Assembly: GCA_028023455.1 (NCBI GenBank)
Contig: JAQFVV010000010.1
Location: 16,988,001 to 17,052,000, forward strand
Direction: 5' to 3'
Length of the DNA: 64,000 bases
Source: Epiperipatus broadwayi
Lineage: Eukaryota > Animalia > Onychophora
Shown here: positions 53,631-64,000 of the stretch, piece by piece
Layout: each line of letters opens with the position of its first letter
How positions within the stretch are numbered: the first letter of the stretch is position 1
Notes under the pieces: model-generated
What the model was told of the DNA's origin: nothing
The model's database searches: none
The model's input: only the letters and a program-made list of their open reading frames with translations
Made by a program: the position numbers and the translations under genes

Positions 53631-54399
53631 ACCAAAAACCTACAAGTTAACTTCAATGAGTTCTTCAAAACACGTACTACAAAACTTACCAGTAAGCTTA
53701 ATAGATTATTCATTCCATGACTAAATTGTTTGCAAACTCATCTAAACTATAAGTTTATAATATAATACTGATATAGATATTCACTATTTATTATTCTAGA
53801 GACTTTCATTTATGGTCTATTAAAATTGAAATAAGAACTGTTTTAATTTAATATTAGCTGGATCAGCATGTGTGTGTTCTTTCCAATTATATTAATAATT
53901 TATCTTTAAATATTTTAATTTGTATAAATAAAATATTAACCTTTAATATTAACTTCATTGTGTATTATTACTGTTAGTTTATTATAATTTATTATAAATT
54001 ACCTTTGCCAATACGCTTGTTGTTCAGATAAGCCCTGGGAGAAACACTAATACAATGTTAAATGATTAGAAACAATACCGATCTTATTTTTAATTATTTT
54101 CTTCTTAATTTATGATGTGCAACATGATGGATATCAGTGAATTCTTGTATGAATTCTGGTGCCCTCGTTTAAAAAAATAAGAACTGATTCCGCCAGCAAT
54201 ACAAATCGTAATATTAGTCGAGTTAATAAGAAAATAAAGCTATGTTTTTAGAAATACGAATGAAATATTTTTCTTCTTCATAGCTTGATTAATTCATGTA
54301 TTCTAGTGCATAATAGAAGGCCTAACTGAACATGAAAAACATTACAATATGTAACATAATGGAGAAATATTATTGTCATTACTCAAAATAAAATGTAGG

Positions 54400-54586
54400 T
54401 TACGAGGAGCACTTGCTTGCGTATTTTACTAAGACATATTTATGCCAAATATTTATACAATTACGACGAGCACTTGCTTGCGTATTTTACTAAGACATAT
54501 TTATGCCAAATATTTATACAATTACGACGAGCACTTGCTTGCGTATTTTACTAAGACATATTTATTCCAAATATTTATACAATTAC
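54400..54586. repeat. 61-bp minisatellite, 3 near-identical copies
   Basis: TTACGACGAGCACTTGCTTGCGTATTTTACTAAGACATATTTATGCCAAATATTTATACAA at 54400, 54461 and 54522; two substitutions in total. Confidence 0.95.
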
Positions 54587-55199
54587 ATTGTATACATTTT
54601 TCTTTGTTTGTTTATACTAATATTTGTGTTAAATGTTTTCATTATACTTGACTAACTATAGCATATAACAGGGAGATCCCATATCATCATTATGACAGAT
54701 AGGAAGTTAATCAAGTTAATGAAAATAAAATGAATTATGATTTTCAAATAATAATATAGTAAGCAAGGATGATTGAGACAATCATAAACATAATATAATA
54801 TAAATTTCATTTACATTGACATCGAATGTCTATTCTTTGTAGGGGATAAGGGTTTGGAATAATGATTAGAATCAATTATAAGCAAAGAGTAACTGTAGAT
54901 ATAGAATTAAATGTTTTATAGTTTATTATATATTTTCTTTATTAAAAATGTTGCATACTGTAAATATAATTGTTAAATATATACAAGTGTTTAAATTAAA
55001 GACTCTCAATGTAAAATTCACTTTTCAATTGGTCATATCTCACATACTTATAAATATTTTTGCACGTTTGCATATATTTTATATATTCACACCTACCATT
55101 AAACACCTACCCATACTTTAAGTAATATTAATATAATCTGAACCAGACAATCATGCAAATTCTCCATGAATTTGAAACTTGAAAATAATGAAAATGAAA

Positions 55200-57700
55200 G
55201 AGTTAAGAATGAGTTGAACTTAGGTATATAGTTCCTAAGAATGAAATTAAAGTGTACATAGATATATAGGTGCAAGGATCAATGATAGACTTTTATTCAC
55301 TGTGATGACCTAGCTAACCTACTTTCATACCAGTAAAATCCCATTCCATTACAATACATATCTAACTATTTATTTCTAAAATCTATCTAAAATTTCTGAA
55401 TTCCCTAAAAAATACACAATTTTTTATTTTCTAATATTAAAGCAGATATCAGTTTTCTTTTCAAAGTTATTCTATATATTCTGTATTTGCTATATTCGAA
55501 CATGCCAGATTTTTAATCATTCCATTCTATTTCTGATTTTTTGCCTCAACTTTAACTCTCAATTGTATTTATGCACACCTCTCCCCCCATTAAAAAAATA
55601 CTTAGATATATAACCCACCCTTCCTATTTAAAAAAAAAAAAAAATCTTAATTTTTCATCCTTGTTTTATTTTCATCAAATATTAATATCTCATGTTTCTT
55701 CTGAATTCAGTGCCCTTCTTTAATAATGGTCCTATATCTTTAAAATTATTTCTAAAAAAACAACAACATATTCACCAAAAAGAACAGCTGACCTAACACA
55801 CATTCTTCTGGTTTCCACATTAGAACTCCTCATTCCTATTTTCAGTCTAATTTTCTTAGAAACAAAATATGTAATAAAGATGACAATGGACACACCTATT
55901 TCAATATAATTTCACATGTAACTTCAAGGATAAAAATTATCCTTAAACAGACCGTTACTATTCTTAACAAACTCAAATTTATTAAATTTTCTTCTACAAC
56001 CTATTCTATCCACATTTTCAATGTCTTCTTTGCAATAAATAATTGTTTATTTTTTGTTTAGAGTAACAATGAATAAATTATCTGCCACTCTAAAAAAAAA
56101 AAAATCCAGTCTATATCTTCCTCAAGATTTTATTTTGTTCCATGCTAGTAAATATTAATCCTATTCCTTAATATATATATGTAAATATTTTATAAACTGT
56201 GGAAGTTATTGATATTAATCTATAGTTAATTAACAATCTAAAAATCTTTCCTCATCCCTTAATATAAGAATGTAATTCTCATATTCTTTCATTTACCTGG
56301 AATCTTAAGATTGCAATTCCAATTTTATTAAAATTCTTTTAAATCAACTCTTACCTACCTACTATCACTTCAGCTTCATACTATTAACACTTTTTTTTTT
56401 GATTTAAATCACCCTATTGCTCTATTCAATTCTGAATCAGTCACTTTCTCATTACATATTCACATATTAACTCTCTACCATTTAATGTTTTTTCTTTTGT
56501 TACAAATTCATTAAGTAGTTTTCCTTATATTCTTTCTTATTTCCACATTCTTTTTCTTCTATATCTAATAGTAGAATCTTTTTTTTCTTAATATATCTTC
56601 AAATTTTTTTATAAATCTTCCAACCTGCACTGTTAATTTTCTTAATTAATGTTTATTAAGTTTGCTCCATTTCTGAATTAATTCTACTCTAGCTATCTTT
56701 TTTTTGTTTTTTAAATAATTATCCCACGTAAACTTTTACCATTTTGCTATTTGTTCTTACCAGCTTTTTACACTCACCACATGTTCTTTTTCACTGTTTT
56801 AAAAGAAATTTTACTTTAAGTTTCCTTATAAATCCTATAAATCCAGTTGGGGAGCTGCTCTTGTTCCTACAAGTCCCAAATAAATACTCATTACATTTTT
56901 TTTATCACATCAAGTCCACATTTCATAATTTAACTGAAATCTTTTCAAGAAATTATTACTCTACTCAATTTAATCTCATTGCCTATTTCCCATCTAACCA
57001 ATCAATCTTTTATAAGTTTCAATACTTATCTTTTTAAATATCCCAAATTCTATCAATGTAAAAAATTATGAATGCTAGCAATTACAACCTTTTTTTCTCT
57101 TTGTCGAACCCTTAACTATTCTATTATTATTTTTTTAGCTGTGCACAAACAATTTGGTACTTCAATTTGCCTGGAGAATATAAAGTCATCATAGGTTTCC
57201 AATTATTTGTATAGAACATTGCATCAATTTCATTAATATAACCACTTAAATCAATTGCTATCAATTCTTATCCCTCTATAAATATTTTTATTCCACTTTT
57301 TCACATTATTATTTTCAGAAGCTAAATATACTATCCCAAAGTCATTTCTTCCTATTCAATTTCAATCTAATTACATATGTTCTAAAAAAGACAGGCAAAA
57401 CTCTCCACATGGTAGTGTCACTCAGTGCAAGCCAGAGTAATCAATGGATGCCAGAAGGCTTTTGCATAAAATCTCTATCTAGAAATGGTGATCATGTGAT
57501 GTACATATGTTCATTACTATTTCTTTCTAAAATATCCTTCTTAATAATGAAAGCTACAGCTCCTCCTTTCTTATCATCGTCATATCTATTTATCTCCTTT
57601 CATTTATATTTCTGAAAATATGGTACATCTTCATCTTTCAAAACCTACCTAACAATTTTCTACACTTTATTCACACCTCTATTCTTTTCCATTCAAAGAA
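55200..57700 (-). mobile_element. Decayed LINE (APE-RT), RTE/L2-like
   Basis: DDDKKGGAVAFII (APE N-terminus) near 57550, VRSAVLFGEY (G..QG..LSP.LF-like) near 55780, YLG-like region near 55600. Confidence 0.6.
57383..57501 (-). mobile_element. 119-bp insert carrying the shared terminal module
   Basis: 11-bp TSD TACATATGTTC (57372-57382, 57502-57512); rc matches 17158-17250 and shares CACATGATCACCATTTCTA with the 9.3-kb copy. Confidence 0.8.
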
Positions 57701-58635
57701 AAAATATAAATAGTATGGTAGAATTTAAAGTATTTAAAATATAAAATCAGCAATAAATGAGCAAATTAACAATGTGCTTAACCTGGACAAAAATATTTTG
57801 AATAAAAATATATTTAAAATCTTCTAGATTATTTGAACATTGAAAAAGACTTATCCAAACATATAAACATCTTATACTTTCAAAATATTCCTGACAAATA
57901 TAAAAAAAATGACTATCTTTAATATTCAATGTTCTCTTGCACATTATAACAAAAAACAATATGGCTATAAGCCTACTTCATATAATATTTCATTGTTAAT
58001 TGTTATTCTTTTAAGAATTAATTTTATTTGTAATTTCTGAAATTATCAATATTGTTTTACAAAAAATATAATATAATCCCAACTTGGCTCAAAGATTCAT
58101 GATGAAGTATGTGAAAACATAGAAAATGCTTTTTTTATATAGTATTTTATGAACAAGAGAATTTACAATATGAATCAACTCCACCAGTCCTGCATACTTC
58201 ACAAAAGTTTGAAAGGCAATTAGAAACTGATTAAAAAAAAAAAAAATCTAATTTTTGCTTTAATAAATGATTTTCTTAAAAAAAAAAATCATAATATTAT
58301 AAATATATTTGCATTAACTTACTTTTTACCTTTTCGTTATTACGAATGCATAATGCATTCAAACATTTTCAAAATGTGAACATCCACTTTTGACATCATA
58401 TTAATAGAAAGCTATGCAGGCTATGCATGCACTTTTTAGAACTTCATTTCAGTCTTTCTGTCTAGTTTTCAGAAAGGTAAATTTTATTTTTCTACGATAA
58501 AAAATACAAATTTTATGATAATTTTTGTGATCGAGTAAGTTGAATTTTTTTGGCTTTCTCTCTTTTTTTTTTGGTAGTTACTAGAAAGGATTTCACCCTG
58601 AAAAATATATTGGTAAAAACTTTTACTTTTTCCAG

Positions 58636-58670
58636 TATATTTTGAAAACATTGTATGCGAGAGCCCAAAG
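58636..58670 (+). CDS. Candidate 35-nt exon
   Basis: ttttactttttccag acceptor and AAG|GTAAGA donor; open as xYFENIVCESPK or YILKTLYARAQ. Confidence 0.35.
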
Positions 58671-58803
58671 GTAAGAATTTAGTTTTCTAAATTTTTATAT
58701 ATTTTTTTAATTATTATTTTTTTATATATATTTGATAAAAATATCCGAAAAATGTGTTATTGAAACTAATATAAAATTGCATAAGACTTGTGGCAGAGAC
58801 TAT

Positions 58804-59102
58804 AAATAGTCAAAATAAGAGTCATAGATCACATGATCCTATCTCTTAAGCTTGTAAGTTATAAACAATGATAAATGCTTAGCCAGAGCCAGCACTTAAA
58901 ATACCTCTGTCAGGAACCCCTTCCCAAACCTCTGACATGGTCAGAGGTTTGGGAAGGGGTTCCTGACAGAGGTATTTTAAGTGCTGGCTCTGGCTAAGCA
59001 TTTATCATAAAGCTTGTAGAGGAATTGGCAATCCTCATTGTTTATAACTTACAAGCTTAAGAGATAGGGTCATGTGATCTATGACTCTTATTTTGACTAT
59101 TT
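58804..59102. repeat. Near-perfect 133-bp palindrome, 3-nt loop
   Basis: 58804-58936 versus rc of 58940-59102: one mismatch plus a 30-nt segment (59009-59038) present only in the right arm. Confidence 0.95.
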
Positions 59103-60073
59103 GAAGATATATATGTTTTTCAAATACTATGACCTGATTTAGATTTTTTTATAATCTCTTCTCTGAATTTTAATAATAGTAATAAATATATGCAAATCTC
59201 TATAATGAATTTAGTATTTCATTCATTTTTTAAATTTTATTTTATTATTTTATTTTGTATACAGTAACTATTTTAGTACTACTTTTTAATAAATTACTAA
59301 CTGTATTGAAGTTCTTTATTATAATATTCAAATTATACTAATTATTGATCATTATTAACTACTTGTTTTATTATTAGGGGTGACATATACATTGCAAACT
59401 CCTGTATGGAAATACATTTTGAAGGGTTACAGAAAAAAAGGGAAAGTACAATGACTTTATTCTAAGGAAGTTTTCAAGAGATGGATTATCTTAGGTGTTA
59501 TTATATATCAATTTGTTAGAAATTTAATGATGCATGCAACTAACCTACTAACAAAATTATAGTTTTAAAATTTATGCATAACTTTGAATTTATGAAATAA
59601 TATGAAAATAATTATTAGAAATATTAACCTTTATTCTTTTTTTTTTTATAACTTTGAATATCAATGACTATATTTTTTTCAGCTTAATTACATTCTTTAG
59701 TGTTTTATCTTTAAAATAATATATATTGTATCATTTTTTAGTAATACAAACACATATTATGATAAAATTTGTGGTTTAACATAATTTTTTAAATATTCAA
59801 TATGGCTGCTTCATCAGTGCTAAGTTAAAGAAAAGTTGTGGCTAATATTCATTGCATCATGTCTTTGTAGAATACCTAGACAAGCAATTTTCTTAATTAA
59901 TAGCTATATATTTTAGTAATTTTGTATTGAAAATGATGATTATACAACAATTAATTATTTTCTAGTGAAGTTAGAATATTGCAAATTATTTGAGATAATT
60001 TTATAAATAATGTAATAGAATTTATTAAAACAATTCAATAATTTTAATTTTTGAATATTTATGATATATTTCT

Positions 60074-60100
60074 TAATAATAATAATAATAATAATAATAA
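60074..60100. repeat. (TAA)9 microsatellite
   Basis: Direct reading. Confidence 0.9.
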
Positions 60101-60585
60101 AAATCAGAGATAATTAAAGCATTTTGTCTACAAATATTAAAATGTTCCATTATTCAAATGTTAATAAGAAAATTATTTCAATAAATCATTAAGAAATAAC
60201 TGTTTTCCATAATAATAAATCAATAATTGAACAATCTAAAATGCATGTTAAGTTCTTTATTTAAAGTTAAGTAGACTAACTAGGTAAAAATTATAATCAA
60301 GCAATAACACCTAAATCATTGGTAGATTGTCACTGCTTGTAAATTTTCTTAACACAATTTATTCTAGCATCTCAATCCTAGACTTCATCGTAAGTTATAA
60401 TTCTTTTCTATTATTAAAATATGATAATTGCAAAATCAAATACGTAATATACTTTTCCATTAATTCACAATAAAACAAAAACAACCAGGTTAAAAACTGA
60501 AAAGCATGCAAATGATTACTGCTAATAATGAAATATTTGCAACACAGATTGAATATTAAGTTTCCCCCCTTTCCATTCCCTAGAC

Positions 60586-60913
60586 CAGGAGTCGGCAAAC
60601 TATGGCTTGCGAGCAAATCGTGACACTTTGATCCCAATCCCATGGCTCTTTTTACCATTCATGATAAACACATTTTTTATTTCCTCCTGTAATTCGTAAA
60701 TAAATATTTTGATAACTCTAGGTGAGGAAAAAATGCGCATTACAACGTTGTTTCTTGAATTCACATAGAATAGTAATAATTGTATATGACGAATATTTAA
60801 ATGAGAAATTTGTGAATAAATCGAGCAAAGTAATTTTATTTTTTATTGATTTATTTTTAAGAGAATTTTCATTTTTTATTTTTCTTCCAGTTTTAAAAAG
60901 TTTGCCACCCCTG
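60586..60913. mobile_element. hAT (Buster/Charlie-type) MITE
   Basis: TIRs CAGGAGTCGGCAAACT and rc CAGGGGT-GGCAAACT; decayed 8-bp TSD CCCTAGAC/CCGTAGAT with central TA. Confidence 0.83.
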
Positions 60914-61559
60914 CCGTAGATTATTTATGCTTTTTAAGGCCGCCCCCCGCTATCCCATTACCGCTTCAAAAATACAAATGCCCATCCACCAAATGCCAAT
61001 ATTATTATCCATTCAGAAAAACATACATACAACTCCAGTTTTTAATCATTAATTTATTGGCATAAATCTCTAATATAGAAAAAACAAATAAAAGTTTATG
61101 CAGAAATTAATTAATATAAATCTAATTTCAAAAAGTATTTCGAAGAGCAGGTGTGATTATATTTTCAGACATACACACTTAAGGAAAAAAAACCAGTACA
61201 TAGGCTGTACTTTTTTTTTATGATTAACTTAGGCACTAAGCGTGTTTCAGGATATTTTCTCAATTTAAATTTTGCATTCGAATGAGATTGGCCACACCTT
61301 CACAAAACAATAACAAACTATTTCCTCTTTCTCTTTGAAAACATCTGGGTAAGAAAAAAGCTTAGCATTAAGAAACAGTCTTAAAGATTTAAATAATTAT
61401 TATTTGTTTGGCCTCCCATATTAAATGGAATCTATATATGCATAAATATAAGTCAGAACATTTTCAAAATCATTATTAAATGAACTATTTTTAGAAATTT
61501 AATAATACATTAGTCTACAATGATTAATAAATACAACCTACATATACATGATTTATATG

Positions 61560-62650
61560 ATGGAAATAATAAGCTACACTTATTTTAACTGAAAAAATGT
61601 CAGTATATTATAAAGATGAAGTAGATAGTGCAATAATGAAAAACTAATTTGTATAAAGTTGTAAGCAAGTAGATTTACATTCAACAGTTGTGATAATATT
61701 ACAAAAAAGATGTAATCCAATAAAAGGATGCAAAACTTTAGGAGATACAACTAGTATATTGCTGCATATCTTGAATAGATAGACTGAACAAAACCCTCTA
61801 TGAAAAGCAATTTGAATTTAGAATTCAATTAGAATATAGAGAGTTAATATTCATTTTATTGATTTTAAAAAGACATATGATACAGTGACATGGATTACAA
61901 CATTAGATATATTAAAAAAGGATATACATTAGAGAAAAGACATTTATTGAAAAGTTTGTAAATGATCCAGAAAATATATATATACTTAAGCAGATTTTCT
62001 AGGGAAAAATTAAATATAAGAAGACATAAATATTGTTAACTATCTCCAATTTAATATAAATTTAAATGAATAATTAAATGAATGTTTAAAAAGGATGATT
62101 TTAGCATTATGATAGGAGAGTTAATTATATCTGATTTGCAAATGATGCAGGAGTACTTGAAAATAATGAGTGGCTCAACAAATTGTAGAAAATTTAATTT
62201 GAAAATAAAACAAAACTAAAACAATGACAATAAATAAAGAGAGAAAAACCAAAATTAAGCATTGAACAAGAGGTGATGGAGGTTAATGCAAAATTTTAAG
62301 TATTTGATATTACGGAGAACTGATAATGAAAGTAAAGATAAATCACAATTAAGAGTTATTATTGCAATGACTGAAGAAGCTTTTAATAAAAAATAGATAT
62401 TATCTAAATCGTTGAAATTACTATGAGAATAAGACTTATTTAATGTTTAATTTGAAGTATTGCTTTATATGGAGCAAAAAGATAGATAATAAGAAAAAGT
62501 GAAATGAAAAAAAACAGTTTTAAAGATGTAGATTTGAAATAGAATGGAAGAAAAAAATGCAAGAGTGTTGAAACAATAAATAAAATATATATATATATAA
62601 GTGAAGGACAAATTGAAATGAACATGAACTTAGAAACAGAAAATTTTTTA
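61560..62650 (+). mobile_element. Decayed LINE RT
   Basis: FIDFKKTYDTVTW, KFNLKI..TKTMTIN, LYGA motifs. Confidence 0.65.
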
Positions 62651-64000
62651 AATATATTTTGGAAAAGTAAGAAAAATAATATATATTAAAAAACAAAAAA
62701 GATAAGTGATCTTAAGCAGAAAAATAACTATAACTGTTTGAAAAATAGAGCAAGAAATAAAAATACTTGGCAAATGTAGTCAGGTAATATATGAAATCTA
62801 GCCTTTGACAGATAACTCACAATAATAATAATTGCATATATAAAATATGATTATTACTTTGATTAACATCAAACACTGTCCTAAATAATAAAAAGATTTT
62901 AAAAAGGAAATATTATACCCATCTATATTTAATATCACACCCATATTTAATAACAAGAGTCCAAAAGAAAAAAATATAGAAAAAAAAAAAAAGTAAAATT
63001 GAAATTAACTAAAAGTAAGTTATAAAAAGAAAATAATTATTAGATACAAAACTATACCATAAAAGTTGCGGCTCTGATGCAAAAATTAAATTCCCATCAG
63101 CACTCCCTTGTTAAAATGTTTGAACAAACTTAAAAAGTTCAATTCAAATTTTTAACTCATATTCATCATACAAACAATAAAATTATCAAAATAAAAATGA
63201 AATATGCAGACTAAAATCACCAATTCAGCATTTAAAATGTATCCTTTTCATATTGCAATGCTTAAATATGCCTAAATTAAGTCAGCCAAGTGTTCTGGTT
63301 TATATTTATAAAGATATACAGAAGAGATTTTAAACATCTTTCAAATAAAAATTTTTGATTCCAAAAAAAAAATTTCAAATTATTATGTTTTATGAACAGA
63401 TGCTAAAAATTTTACAATTTCATTTTCAATATTATAACTATAATAAAATTTTTGTTTTATTCTCATCTTTTACCAAAACAAAAAAAAAATGTTTGAAAAT
63501 TCCTGATTAATATTTGCAACTTTGATTAAATTATTAATAAAAATGAAAATAAAAAAATATGTTTTAGAGTAGTTTTCTTATGTTTTAAAATTTTTAAAAC
63601 ATAATTTTGTAAAATAAAGATTGGGTATATTTTGCTTTTAATCCTTTAAAATTTCAGCATTTTCTGATGTTTTTCTTTGTCTCAACATCAACATAAAATA
63701 TATGATTAAATAATTATTACTTATCAGAAAATAATAAATTTGACTTCATTTGATATTTTTGTTTACTATTGAAATAAATTTTAAATGTTCACATTTTGTT
63801 TCTATAAATATTAAAAAAATGAGTTCGTAATTAAAACAAAATGAATACACATCATCATTTCAGAAAGATTTTCAATTTTCAAAATCAACAAAATCTTCCT
63901 TATTTCTAATTATTTTTTAAAATGTAAATGAATATTTATTTATTTGGCATATATCTAACAAATTATGCTTTAAAGGCTTAAAATTTTTGAATATTTATTG

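Noticed and set aside
54400-54586. CRISPR array
   Set aside because: Units are contiguous with no unique spacers, there are no cas genes, and the context is eukaryotic.
1-64000. Remaining 60-100 aa ORFs in the track as genes
   Set aside because: Low-complexity K/I/F/N-rich translations typical of AT-rich noise, or antisense to TE relics; no recognisable domains.

Overview
Very AT-rich, CpG-depleted eukaryotic (probably invertebrate) intronic/intergenic DNA. There is no intact protein-coding gene, no bacterial organisation and no CRISPR array. Much of the window is decayed transposable elements: at least five copies of one RTE-clade LINE family, other LINE relics, a mariner relic, a full-length Tigger/pogo element with TIRs and TA duplication, Gypsy gag and pol relics, several hAT and Tc1/pogo MITEs, tRNA-derived sequences and Penelope-like (GIY-YIG) relics. 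A few short splice-flanked segments may be exons of an unidentified host gene. The most interesting signals are: (1) several minimal hammerhead-ribozyme motifs, two of them in short TSD-flanked inserts with internal inversions, plus a terminal module shared by three inserts; (2) a clean twin-priming-type 5' inversion in an RTE LINE; (3) a near-perfect 133-bp palindrome; (4) an 830-bp foldback tandem array; (5) a filled/empty site pair for the Tigger insertion. All alignments and translations were done by eye; no database search was possible.
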